From Candidatus Kaiserbacteria bacterium (GTDB taxonomy: Bacteria > Patescibacteriota > Minisyncoccia > Phycocordibacterales > UBA918), in NCBI GenBank assembly GCA_016204695.1, contig JACQKD010000008.1, positions 33,178 to 97,177 on the forward strand: a DNA stretch of 64,000 bases. Reading direction: 5' to 3'. Under the pieces are notes generated by a model. The model had not been told where the DNA came from, did no database searches, and was given only the letters and a program-made list of their open reading frames with translations. The position numbers were made by a program, and so were the translations under genes. This document shows, piece by piece, positions 38,299 through 48,332 of the stretch (position 1 is its first letter; the number at the start of each line of letters is the position of its first letter).

Positions 38299-39009
38299 TC
38301 AGAATCCTGCAACCTGCAGGAAATTGCTGAAAAGCCGGCGGCCGACTCGGGTGTATTCGTCTTTGATTTCGGCAAAATCTGCCTCAAGTTGATTTCGCTT
38401 GAGCGCAAGGAGGTCGGGGTCTTCGTTCAGCCATGTTTGAAACATCTCCGGCGTCAATTCAAAGTGACATTGTATGCCATAGGCATTGGCGCCGACTCTG
38501 ACGATCTGATTGCGACAAAATTTTCCGGTTCCGAGGAGGGTCATGCCTTCGGCAAGCTCTACCGTCTCTCCGTGGAGGTGGAATACGTTGAATCTATCGC
38601 CGAGGTTTGCAAAGAGGGGATCTTTTTTGCCTTCTTCGGTACGTTCGACGGCGAATCGGTTATCATCGGGATCGCGGAAGCCGATTTCTCTGACTGCGTT
38701 TTTCACCACTGTTCCTCCCGATGCTTTCACCAGCGTCTGGAGGCCGAGGCAAATGCCGAGGTAGGGGGTGCCGGCGGCGATAATCTCGCCGATCCGTCGC
38801 AATTCCTTTTGCATTTTTTCAGTGTCGTCGTTGGCGCTATCCGGGCCACCGAGTACGACGACCGCCCCGTACTTTTCCGCGACGGGGAATTCCTCACCAC
38901 GGTCAAGGTCAACTGTCGTATAGTTAATCTCTTTTTCTTTCAATAACTCCTCAAGAAGCCCCGGTCCCTCCCGAGTGATGTTTTTTATAATGAGTATTTC
39001 TTTTTCCAT
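38299..39009 (-). CDS. Type 1 glutamine amidotransferase (GuaA-like, stand-alone)
   Basis: LGGPDSAND, LGICLGLQ catalytic Cys, GIQCHFE. Confidence 0.9.
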   Translation of the reverse strand: MEKEILIIKNITREGPGLLEELLKEKEINYTTVDLDRGEEFPVAEKYGAVVVLGGPDSANDDTEKMQKELRRIGEIIAAGTPYLGICLGLQTLVKASGGTVVKNAVREIGFRDPDDNRFAVERTEEGKKDPLFANLGDRFNVFHLHGETVELAEGMTLLGTGKFCRNQIVRVGANAYGIQCHFELTPEMFQTWLNEDPDLLALKRNQLEADFAEIKDEYTRVGRRLFSNFLQVAGF

Positions 39010-39136
39010 GGCGGGATTGTATCACGACCTGATGCAAGCGCGGTAGGAACATAGCGTTCATAAAAATACAAACGGTCTGGGAGCATTATTGCTTGATCCC
39101 AGACCGTTGCCGTCGTGTCTCCCTCGTTTTGTCGGC

Positions 39137-40423
39137 TTATCGGCGCAGAGCGCGGTAGCCGATGTCGCGGCGATAGTGCGCGTTCGGCCAGTGGATATGC
39201 TCCACTGCTTCATATGCTCCCGCTACGGCTCCCGCAAGTGTGGGTGCACGCTTTGTCACGCCAAGTACGCGCCCTCCGTTTGTCACTAACTGGTCGCCTT
39301 CCATGGCAGTTCCGGAATGAAAGACCCAGGTATCCGCCAACCCCTCGGCATCTGCTACGCCGCTGATCGGCACCCCGCTCGACCCTCCCTCGGGGTAGTC
39401 GCCTGCGGCCATGACGACACATGCCGCCGCGTCATCATGATAGTCAGCTTGCAGGCCACCCAAATTTCCTCGTGCGGCACCTTCGAGCAAGGGCAACAAA
39501 TCATTGTGCAGTCGGACGAGTAAGGGCTGTGTTTCCGGGTCGCCAAAACGCGCGTTGAACTCTATGACGTATGGGCGCCCCTCGACGATCATCAGCCCGA
39601 CGTATAGGACACCACGATATGGCATGCCGCGTGCCGCCATGCCGCCGACTGTCGGTTCGACAATCTCGGACATGACGCGCTGATGCAGCGCAGGAGTGAT
39701 CACGGGTGCGGGCGAATAAGCGCCCATTCCGCCGGTGTTGGGACCATGGTCGCCGGTGTAGACGCGCTTATGATCTTGCGCTACCGCTAAGGGCAGCACT
39801 GTTTCTCCGTCGACGAGTACATGAAAGGATGCTTCCTCGCCAACGAGGTACTGTTCAAGTAGTACGCAATCTCCGGCAGGACCGAAGATGTGTTGTCTCA
39901 TCGCGCGGCTGATGGCTTGCTGCGTTTCCGTAAAGGTGCTACACACAGTCACACCCTTTCCTGCGGCCAGGCCGTCAACCTTCACTACAAGCGGACGCTC
40001 CTTGTAGTCATGCTCCCGCGCGAACTTTTCTGCGACATCAAAGTTGTAACAAATCTTTGCGTCTGCGGTTGGGATGTCTTCTTCCCACATAAACTTTTTG
40101 GCAAATGCCTTACTCGTCTCGAGTTGGGCGGCCGCCTGTGTGGGGCCGAAGACGGCCAGTGGAGGATCGCATGCGGCAAACGCATCAGCGATGCCGAGCG
40201 ACAGTGGCAACTCGGGACCGACGACCGTTAAATCAACCCGCTGTTCGAGCGCAAAACGCTGCAGACCGAGGATATTGTCTACCGCGATGGGCACGTTTTC
40301 CGCCTGCCGTCGGGTTCCGGGATTGCCCGGTGCACAATAGAGCTTGGTAATGTGGGGACTCTGGGCGAGTTTCGACACGAGCGCGTGCTCGCGCCCGCCG
40401 TTTCCGATGACGAGGACTTTCAT
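39137..40423 (-). CDS. purD: Phosphoribosylamine--glycine ligase
   Basis: GNGGREHAL, CAPGNPG, GLAAGKGV, QDHKR, GPNTGGMGAY, EFNARFGDPETQ, TNGGRVL. Confidence 0.96.
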   Translation of the reverse strand: MKVLVIGNGGREHALVSKLAQSPHITKLYCAPGNPGTRRQAENVPIAVDNILGLQRFALEQRVDLTVVGPELPLSLGIADAFAACDPPLAVFGPTQAAAQLETSKAFAKKFMWEEDIPTADAKICYNFDVAEKFAREHDYKERPLVVKVDGLAAGKGVTVCSTFTETQQAISRAMRQHIFGPAGDCVLLEQYLVGEEASFHVLVDGETVLPLAVAQDHKRVYTGDHGPNTGGMGAYSPAPVITPALHQRVMSEIVEPTVGGMAARGMPYRGVLYVGLMIVEGRPYVIEFNARFGDPETQPLLVRLHNDLLPLLEGAARGNLGGLQADYHDDAAACVVMAAGDYPEGGSSGVPISGVADAEGLADTWVFHSGTAMEGDQLVTNGGRVLGVTKRAPTLAGAVAGAYEAVEHIHWPNAHYRRDIGYRALRR

Positions 40424-40538
40424 ATGAGACTCCTCCTATGAGGTGGATGCCGAAGTGCCTTCTGCTCGCATACTAGCACAGTCGAACGCGGAAGAGACGA
40501 AAGTGGTCTAAAGTGTTAGAATGGGCGATATTTTGAGT

Positions 40539-43500
40539 ATGCAAGAAGGGAGAGAGATAAAAAAGACGCCAAGCGGGGAGAAAACCGACACTGCGAAGCG
40601 GGAGGAGGAAGTTTTGCAATTCTGGAAGGAGAACGGGATTTTTGAGAAGTCGCTTGCGAAAGAGGCGCCGAACGGAGAGTTTGTATTTTATGACGGGCCG
40701 CCGTTTGCGACGGGGCTTCCACACTATGGCCATGTGCTTGGCAGTACGGTCAAGGACGTTATTCCTCGGTATAAGACTATGTGTGGCTTCCATGTGCGGC
40801 GCGTCTGGGGCTGGGACTGCCACGGCCTGCCGATTGAGAACATGATCGAGAAGGAGCTCGGTCTGAAGTCGAAGAAGGACATTCTTGAAATGGGTATCGA
40901 CACATTCAACGAGGCCTGTCGTGCGGCGGTGATGCGGTTTGCCGACGAGTGGGAGAAATATGTGGATCGTATCGGAAGATGGGTGGAATTTCGCGGAGCG
41001 TATAAGACGATGGACAATTCGTACATCGAGTCCACATGGTGGGCTCTGAAGCAGATATACGAGAAAGGACTCCTCTATGAAGGTCGCAAGGTGCTCTTGT
41101 ACTGTCCGCACTGCGAGACCCCACTCTCGAAAGCCGAAATCGCGATGGATAATTCGTACAAGGAAGATCTAACGCAAGCAGTAACGGTAAAATTTAAAAT
41201 AGAAAATCCTGAAAAGCTTGGCCTCCAGGGAGACACATATCTTCTTGCTTGGACTACAACTCCGTGGACGCTTCCCGGGAATGTTGCCCTTGCTGTTAGA
41301 CCAGATATTAAGTATGTTCTCGTATGCACTCTGAATGTTTCAAAGCGTGCCAAAGAAGGTCTGGTTGAGTATGAGAATGTGATTATCGCCGAGGATATAT
41401 TTGAGAATCTTTATTCAGAAAAAAACACAGATCCTAAAAAACTTGGCTTTGGGTTAGTGTATGCACACCACCAGAAGGAGGGAGAGGAGCCGATTAAGGG
41501 GCCGGAGTCGGTAAAAACCTTTTTGGGGTCTGATCTAGAAGGTCTTTCTTATCGTCCGCTTTTCGATATCCCGAAAGTCGTTGCTCAACAAAAAGAGAAA
41601 GCGTTCACAGTTCTACCTGCGGACTTTGTCACGACAACAGAAGGTACTGGTATCGTGCATACTGCAGTGATATACGGCGAGGACGACTATCAGCTCGGAC
41701 TTGCAAACGATTTGCCGATGGTGCCGCTTCTCGACGCGAGTGGAAATTTCAACGACGACGCTCCTTCAGAAATTCGAAGACAGTATTTTAAAAAGGCCGA
41801 GAAAACAATAATAGAATATTTAGATAGCAAGAATCTAATCTTTACGGAAGAATACACACACAGCTATCCGCATTGCCATCGGTGCGGCACGGCGCTCATC
41901 TATAATGCGCTGGTTTCGTGGTTCATCAATATCCAAAAGGTCAAAGACCGGATGCTTGCGACGAACGAAGATATCAACTGGGTGCCGAGTCACCTGAAAG
42001 AAGGTCGGTACAAAAACATCGTGGAGAACGCGCCCGATTGGACCATTTCGCGCAATCGCTTTTGGGCATCGCCCATGCCGATTTGGAAAAATGCGGAAAC
42101 CGGCGCACTCACCGTCATCGGCTCGTTTGAGGAACTGGAAAAACACACAAAGCGTTCGGGCAATACGTACTTCCTGATGCGCCATGGGGAAGCACTTTCA
42201 AATACCACCAACACACATAATCACGATCTGTCGGTCAAAAATCCGCTTACCGAAAAAGGCAAACAAGAAGTCGAGCGTACGGCCGAAATGTTGAAAGACA
42301 AAAATATTCAGTACATTTATACGTCTCCGATGGAGCGTGCGCGGGAGACTGCGGCTATGCTTGCGAACACACTCGGTCTTTCCGCAGACCGCATCGTTGT
42401 CCACAACGGCCTGACCGAAGTGAACGGAGGAATCTTTGAGGGAAAGCCGATATCCGACTACCATGCGTATTTCGCAACACGAACGGAACGCCTCACGAAG
42501 ACGCCGGAGGACGGGGAAAATTGGATGGATACGAAACGTAACATCACGTCGGTCTTGTATGAAATCGAGGAGAAGCATGCGGGGGCGGGTGTCGTACTCG
42601 TGTCTCATAACGGCCCCCTCCAGATGCTACAGGCGGGCGCAAAGGGATTGGATACAGCAGAGACGGCGAAGATAATGGAAGACAAAGCGTACTTCGTTGA
42701 ACCGGGAGATGTCCGTGAGTTTGACTTTACGCCGCTTCCGCATAACAAAGACTACGAGCTTGATTTTCATCGGCCGTATATCGACGGTGTCACGCTCGTT
42801 GACGAAAGCGGTGCGGAGCTTGCGCGCGCGCCGGAGGTGATAGACGGGTGGGTGGAATCCGGCTCGATGCCGTTTGCGGAGCGACACTATCCGTTTGAGA
42901 GTACGGACGAGTTTGAGCCGAAAGAGAACAAGGCATATCCCGCTGATTTCATCGCCGAATACATCGCGCAAACGCGCACATGGTTTTACTACATGCACGC
43001 GGTTTCGGTGCTTCTTTTTGATAAGCCGAGTTTCAAGAATGTGGTGACTACCGGTACGATTCTCGCGGCTGACGGCTCGAAGATGAGCAAATCGAAGAAG
43101 AACTTTACCGACCCACTATTGGTTGTAGATCAATTTGGCGCTGATGCGCTCCGCTATTACCTTATGTCGAGCGTCGTGATGCAGGCGGAAGATATGAACT
43201 TCCGAGACGAGGAACTGCGCGAAGCGCACAATCGAGTCGTGCAGATGCTGTGGAATACGTACACATTCTATGACATGTACAAGGGCGACAGTCTTTCGGA
43301 GAAATTGCCGGACGAAAGCTCGTCGGTGCTCGATAGATGGATACTCGCGCGGCTCAATCAGCTGGTTGCGGAGACAACCGACGCTTTCGAAATATACGAC
43401 ATGCCCCGAGCGACGAGGCCGATACGCGAGTTCGTCGAAGATTTTTCCACGTGGTATATCCGCCGCTCGCGAGATCGGTTCAAGAGCGAGGATGCAAAAG

Positions 43501-44156
43501 ACCGCGCGTATGCTGTTGCGACGACGCGGTATGTGCTCTTGACGCTCTCGAAGCTCATCGCGCCCGTGATGCCGTTCATCGCCGAGAGTATTTATAAAGG
43601 AGCCGGCGGCGAGAAAGAAAGCGTGCATCTTGAGACATGGCCGGAGGCGGGGCAAGTTGACACAAAACTCATTGAAGATATGTCAGACGTTCGAAATATC
43701 GTATCTCTTGCATTGGAGGCACGAAGCAAAGCAGGTATCAAAGTGCGCCAGCCATTGGCGGGGGTTATTGTGCGTGTCGACTCGGTCATTTTTGAAAATC
43801 AGGCGCTCATCGAACTCGTCAAGGACGAGATCAATGTAAAGGAGGTGGTGTCTACGAGGACATGGTCCGAGTCGGTTGTGCTCGACACAACAATCACCGA
43901 ATCTCTCAAGCAAGAAGGCATGGCGCGAGAGCTTATGCGGGCGATCCAGGAGCTTCGCAAGACGGAGGGACTGGCGCCGAGCGACCGTATTGCACTCATC
44001 ATAAAAGCGCCGGAAGAGGGGAAGACAATGATTGAAACGCACAGGGCTGACATCATGCGCACGACGGGAGCGGACGTGCTTCTCCTTGCAGATACCGAGG
44101 GCACTCCGGTCACCATTGATGGCGCGCAGTACGTTGTTCGTGTGGAGAAGAAATAA
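40539..44156 (+). CDS. ileS: Isoleucine--tRNA ligase (type 2) with inserted histidine-phosphatase domain
   Basis: DGPPFATGLPHYGH, WDCHGLP, WTTTPWTLP, GTGIVH, ISRNRFW, KMSKS; RHGE domain at about 42160-42730. Confidence 0.95.
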   Translation: MQEGREIKKTPSGEKTDTAKREEEVLQFWKENGIFEKSLAKEAPNGEFVFYDGPPFATGLPHYGHVLGSTVKDVIPRYKTMCGFHVRRVWGWDCHGLPIENMIEKELGLKSKKDILEMGIDTFNEACRAAVMRFADEWEKYVDRIGRWVEFRGAYKTMDNSYIESTWWALKQIYEKGLLYEGRKVLLYCPHCETPLSKAEIAMDNSYKEDLTQAVTVKFKIENPEKLGLQGDTYLLAWTTTPWTLPGNVALAVRPDIKYVLVCTLNVSKRAKEGLVEYENVIIAEDIFENLYSEKNTDPKKLGFGLVYAHHQKEGEEPIKGPESVKTFLGSDLEGLSYRPLFDIPKVVAQQKEKAFTVLPADFVTTTEGTGIVHTAVIYGEDDYQLGLANDLPMVPLLDASGNFNDDAPSEIRRQYFKKAEKTIIEYLDSKNLIFTEEYTHSYPHCHRCGTALIYNALVSWFINIQKVKDRMLATNEDINWVPSHLKEGRYKNIVENAPDWTISRNRFWASPMPIWKNAETGALTVIGSFEELEKHTKRSGNTYFLMRHGEALSNTTNTHNHDLSVKNPLTEKGKQEVERTAEMLKDKNIQYIYTSPMERARETAAMLANTLGLSADRIVVHNGLTEVNGGIFEGKPISDYHAYFATRTERLTKTPEDGENWMDTKRNITSVLYEIEEKHAGAGVVLVSHNGPLQMLQAGAKGLDTAETAKIMEDKAYFVEPGDVREFDFTPLPHNKDYELDFHRPYIDGVTLVDESGAELARAPEVIDGWVESGSMPFAERHYPFESTDEFEPKENKAYPADFIAEYIAQTRTWFYYMHAVSVLLFDKPSFKNVVTTGTILAADGSKMSKSKKNFTDPLLVVDQFGADALRYYLMSSVVMQAEDMNFRDEELREAHNRVVQMLWNTYTFYDMYKGDSLSEKLPDESSSVLDRWILARLNQLVAETTDAFEIYDMPRATRPIREFVEDFSTWYIRRSRDRFKSEDAKDRAYAVATTRYVLLTLSKLIAPVMPFIAESIYKGAGGEKESVHLETWPEAGQVDTKLIEDMSDVRNIVSLALEARSKAGIKVRQPLAGVIVRVDSVIFENQALIELVKDEINVKEVVSTRTWSESVVLDTTITESLKQEGMARELMRAIQELRKTEGLAPSDRIALIIKAPEEGKTMIETHRADIMRTTGADVLLLADTEGTPVTIDGAQYVVRVEKK

Positions 44157-44175
44157 CTAACGGAGAAAGAGAGCA

Positions 44176-44763
44176 ATGGCCTATCAGACATACACGACGG
44201 ACGCGCTCGTCATCGGCAGTGCCGACCATCTCACCGCCGATCGCTGGATCGCGCTTTTCACCCGCGACGCGGGGCTCGTCCATGCGCGGGCGATAAGCGT
44301 GCGGAAAGAACAGTCGAAACTCCGGTACGGCTTGCAAGATTTTTCGTTGGCGCGCGTGTCGCTCGTCCGCGGGAAAAGCGGCTGGCGCATCATCGGCGCG
44401 GAGCGTGCGCACAACTTGTATTTCGCCACCCCCGACCGGGAGGTTCGGGCCGCGATGTTGCGTATCGTTCGGTTTCTCCGTCGTCTCGTGCAGGGCGAAG
44501 AAACGAACGTGCCGCTCTACGACATGCTTATCGACGGTCTTGTGGTACTTGCTTCCTCCCCGGGAGACGAGATTGTTCGAGTCGAGCGTGTACTGACCCT
44601 TCGGGTCTTATCCGCACTCGGCTATGTCGCGCCGCATAGCGATTATCGGCATATGCTCTCCGTCCCCTCGCTTGGAGAAGCGCTTTCTGTCACCGGAAAA
44701 GAAACGGAAGAGCAGAGCATACAATCGGCAATCGACGAAGCGCTCGCCGTAAGCCAGCTCTGA
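44176..44763 (+). CDS. recO: RecO N-terminal domain protein
   Basis: ADRWIALFTRDAGLVHARAISVRKEQSKLR OB-fold; short form. Confidence 0.75.
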   Translation: MAYQTYTTDALVIGSADHLTADRWIALFTRDAGLVHARAISVRKEQSKLRYGLQDFSLARVSLVRGKSGWRIIGAERAHNLYFATPDREVRAAMLRIVRFLRRLVQGEETNVPLYDMLIDGLVVLASSPGDEIVRVERVLTLRVLSALGYVAPHSDYRHMLSVPSLGEALSVTGKETEEQSIQSAIDEALAVSQL

Positions 44764-44801
44764 CACGTCCGGTTTTTGATTCTAATGCTATACTGGGCCA
44801 T

Positions 44802-46925
44802 ATGGCGGACGATCGGCGTATGCGCCAAAAAACAGAGCAAGAAAAGACATCAGAGAAGTCGGTTGTCGATTCGCCTCTCCGCAAAGAGGCGGGGCGCGAA
44901 GAAGAGTTGAAGAGTATGCGGGACCGGCTCTATTCCCGCACGCAACAACCCGAGCGATGGGAGCGTCACGCTCTTTCGGATGTTCCGGTTGTTGCAAGGA
45001 ATTCTTCAAAAAACCCTTCGAGCATGCAGGATATAGCGCCGCCGATTTCTCCCCGAAGGATTGACAAACCGCTCGAACGTCCAAACGGCGGACACTGGCC
45101 TCCGAGACCGATGCGTGAGACGCCCGATACCGAGTCGGTGTCGGCCGTATCGGAGCCGGAAAGCATATCGTCTATGTCGCAACAACCCAAGAAGATAGCG
45201 CTTAAAGGGTATCGCATAAAGATCGTCGCGATCGCGGCACTCTTTTTTGTCGTCGCGCTGGTGCTCTCAAGCTCTTTTTTATTTTTCGGACAGAATACTA
45301 TTTCCGGCGACAATATCGCTATCGCCGTCGAGGCGCCGTTTGCGGTCGGCGGCGGCGAGGAGCTGGCGCTTACCGCCTCGATCACCAACAAGAATGCCGT
45401 CCCTGTCGAGTCGGCGACGCTGATTGTGGAGTATCCGCCCGGTACCCAGGAAACCGCGACGCCCGGCAAGGAACTCTTCCGCGAGCGCATTCCGCTCGGT
45501 AACATCAAGCAGGGCGAAGTGCTCACGATCCCCGTAAAGGCGAAGCTTTTTGGCGAGGAAAACGAAGAGAAGACAATCATCGTCTCCGTGGAATATCGGG
45601 TGGAAGGATCGAATGCTACTTTTTTCAAAGAGGCGGATCCGATTGTGGTGAAGATCAGCTCTTCACCGGTGGTGCTTTCGATTGACGGCGTGTCGGAGAT
45701 CTCGTCGGGACAGGAGGTGACGCTTACGCTCACCGTCGCGTCGAACTCTCCCTCCGCGATTGAGAACCTTCTGGTGCAAGCGGAATATCCGTTCGGTTTT
45801 GATTTCAGCGAGTCGGAGCCGCGGCCTGCAAAAGGCCAAAATGTGTGGGCCATCGGTACGCTCGCGCCGGGGGCGCAGACAAAAATCACGGTCAAGGGCG
45901 TCATGGTCGGAGGAAAATCCGAAGAACGTTCTTTCAAATTCTCCGCCGGCTTGCCGAACGAACGAGATCGCTTCGCTCTCGCGTCCGCACTCACGAGCAT
46001 ATCCACCGATATCGGCCTTACCGATCCGTTCGTCGGACTCGCGGTCACGCTCAACGGGAAAACAGACAAAACAATCTCGGTCGCGCAAGACGACAATGTC
46101 ATGGCAACAATCGTGTTCACGAACACGCTTTCCGATACAATCTATGACGGCACGATCAAAGTCACCCTTTCGGGGAACGGGCTGGATTCGAGTACCATAC
46201 AGGTCACGCAAGGATTTTATGACTCTTCGTCGCGCACCATCGTCTGGGATAGAAATAACACCTCCGGTCTTGCGGCACTTGAGCCGGGGGAGGAACAAAG
46301 AGTCGATTTCAGTATCGGCGGTGTCAATCTTGCCGCCGAGCGTACGCCGCAGGTGTCCTTCGATGTGTCGGTAGCCGGACGGCGCGTCTCGGAGGAACGG
46401 GTGCCGCAGGGACTCACCAACATAGAGTCGCGTACCGTGCGATTCGAAAGTGTGACGGCGCTGTCTTCCTACGGGCTGTATTCGAGCGGCCCGTTCACCA
46501 ATGCCGGCCCCATGCCGCCGCGCGCCGAGTCTCCGACTCAATACACGATCATGGTCGGCGCCAAAAACGGCAGTAACGAGCTCTCCGACGCCACGGTGAC
46601 TATGGCGCTTCCGGCATATGTAACGTGGCAGAATGTCGTCTCGGGCGGCGATACGATGACGTACAATCCAAACACGCGCGAAGTGGCGTGGACCATCGGC
46701 GGACTTGGAGCGAACGGATCCGCCGAAGGGTCTTTTCAGGTAACCTTCTTGCCGAGCGTCTCGCAAGTTGGTACCGTACCGGTGCTCGTGGGTGAGCAAC
46801 GCCTGCGCGCGACCGACCGCTTCACCGGCAGTGTGGTGCGCGCGACCGCCTCGGCTGTGACGACGTATATTCCCCAAGACCCCAATCCGGAAGCGCAGAC
46901 CGGGCGGGTGCTTCCCAAACAGTAA
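44802..46925 (+). CDS. Membrane-anchored protein with multiple Ig-like beta domains
   Basis: Disordered N-terminus, one TM, repeated beta-rich modules (YPFGF..W.IG.L.PG). Confidence 0.75.
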   Translation: MADDRRMRQKTEQEKTSEKSVVDSPLRKEAGREEELKSMRDRLYSRTQQPERWERHALSDVPVVARNSSKNPSSMQDIAPPISPRRIDKPLERPNGGHWPPRPMRETPDTESVSAVSEPESISSMSQQPKKIALKGYRIKIVAIAALFFVVALVLSSSFLFFGQNTISGDNIAIAVEAPFAVGGGEELALTASITNKNAVPVESATLIVEYPPGTQETATPGKELFRERIPLGNIKQGEVLTIPVKAKLFGEENEEKTIIVSVEYRVEGSNATFFKEADPIVVKISSSPVVLSIDGVSEISSGQEVTLTLTVASNSPSAIENLLVQAEYPFGFDFSESEPRPAKGQNVWAIGTLAPGAQTKITVKGVMVGGKSEERSFKFSAGLPNERDRFALASALTSISTDIGLTDPFVGLAVTLNGKTDKTISVAQDDNVMATIVFTNTLSDTIYDGTIKVTLSGNGLDSSTIQVTQGFYDSSSRTIVWDRNNTSGLAALEPGEEQRVDFSIGGVNLAAERTPQVSFDVSVAGRRVSEERVPQGLTNIESRTVRFESVTALSSYGLYSSGPFTNAGPMPPRAESPTQYTIMVGAKNGSNELSDATVTMALPAYVTWQNVVSGGDTMTYNPNTREVAWTIGGLGANGSAEGSFQVTFLPSVSQVGTVPVLVGEQRLRATDRFTGSVVRATASAVTTYIPQDPNPEAQTGRVLPKQ

Positions 46926-46942
46926 TTTCTACGACATTCCTT

Positions 46943-48328
46943 ATGGCCGAACATAAAGAGGGTACAACCATGGAAAAAATCGTCTCGCTGTGCAAGCGAC
47001 GCGGCTTCGTCTACCAAGGTTCCGAAATCTACGGCGGCCTTGCCGGCACATGGGACTACGGCCCGCTTGGTGTCGCACTGAATGAGAACATCAAACGCTA
47101 TTGGTGGAAAAAGTTTGCGGAAGAACGCGATGATATCTATCCGATAGACGCCTCTATCCTTATGCACCCGCGGGTGTGGGAAGCGTCCGGGCATACCGAA
47201 GGATTTACCGACCCGCTCGTTGAGGACAAGGTAACACATAAGCGATATCGCGCCGACCACATCCTCGAGGATGCCGGCGTCGATGTGAAAAACATGTCGG
47301 TCGCCGACATGGGCGAGAAAATGCGCGAGCTCAAACTTACGAGTCCCGACGGTCATCCGCTCACCGAGCCGAAAGTATTCAATCTTCTCGTCGAGGCGGG
47401 CATCGGCGCCGTGGAAGGGGAGAAGGAAAAAGTCTATCTGCGGGGCGAGATCACCCAAGGGGTGCATGTAAATTTTAAAAATGTCGTTGATTCCGTGCAC
47501 CCCAAGCTCCCGTTCGGCATCGCGCAGGTCGGCAAGGCCTTCCGCAACGAGATTGTGCCGGGCAACTTTCTTTTCCGCGTTCGCGAGTTTGAGCAGATGG
47601 AATTGCAATACTACATTCGGCCGGAAGATGCCGAAGGCAAGAAACAATACGAGTATTGGAAAGAGTTCAGTATGGAGTGGTACAAAGGGCTTGGTATTCG
47701 TCCGGAGAATCTTCGCTTTCGCCAACATGAGGAACACGAACGCGCGCACTATGCGCAGGATGCGTGGGATATCGAATTCAATACGCCGTTCGGGTGGAAA
47801 GAAGCGTGGGGCATCCATCATCGCGGCGACTGGGATATCCGCCGGCACAAAGAGTATTCCGGCCAGTCGCTTGAGTATGTTGATGAAAATGGCGAAAAGA
47901 TTGTCCCGTGGATTATCGAAACGTCCGGAGGTGCAGGGAGGGCATTCCTCTTTGTCTTGCTTGATGCCTACCGCGAGGATGAGCTAGGAGGAGAACTGCG
48001 TGCGTATCTTGCACTTGACCCGAAGATTGCGCCGATTCGCGCGGCGGTATTTCCGCTGTTGAAGAACAAACCGGAGCTTGTGGAGAAGGCGAAAGAAGTG
48101 CGGGCGCTGCTCCGCAAGACGATTCCGAATATCGCGTGGGACGACAACGGCAACATCGGCAAGCGCTACCGCCGCCAAGACGAGATCGGCACGCCGCACT
48201 GCATCACCATCGACTTCGACACGCTTGAAGGCGACCAAAAAGACACCGTCACCGTCCGCGACCGCGACACCGGCTCACAAAAGCGTGTCGCGATCGCCGA
48301 CCTTGCTTCGGCTGTTATGGAAGCGTAA
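46943..48328 (+). CDS. glyQS: Glycine--tRNA ligase (homodimeric alpha2 type)
   Basis: CKRRGF..YGG..DYGPLG, GKAFRNEI, FRVREFEQME, IGKRYRRQDEIGTP. Confidence 0.96.
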   Translation: MAEHKEGTTMEKIVSLCKRRGFVYQGSEIYGGLAGTWDYGPLGVALNENIKRYWWKKFAEERDDIYPIDASILMHPRVWEASGHTEGFTDPLVEDKVTHKRYRADHILEDAGVDVKNMSVADMGEKMRELKLTSPDGHPLTEPKVFNLLVEAGIGAVEGEKEKVYLRGEITQGVHVNFKNVVDSVHPKLPFGIAQVGKAFRNEIVPGNFLFRVREFEQMELQYYIRPEDAEGKKQYEYWKEFSMEWYKGLGIRPENLRFRQHEEHERAHYAQDAWDIEFNTPFGWKEAWGIHHRGDWDIRRHKEYSGQSLEYVDENGEKIVPWIIETSGGAGRAFLFVLLDAYREDELGGELRAYLALDPKIAPIRAAVFPLLKNKPELVEKAKEVRALLRKTIPNIAWDDNGNIGKRYRRQDEIGTPHCITIDFDTLEGDQKDTVTVRDRDTGSQKRVAIADLASAVMEA

Positions 48329-48332
48329 GGTG

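Noticed and set aside
48078-48332. N-terminal extensions given by the ORF track for metG (also nrdA 9904, nusG 22250, gatC 4758)
   Set aside because: They overlap upstream genes or promoters; homology begins at downstream ATGs.
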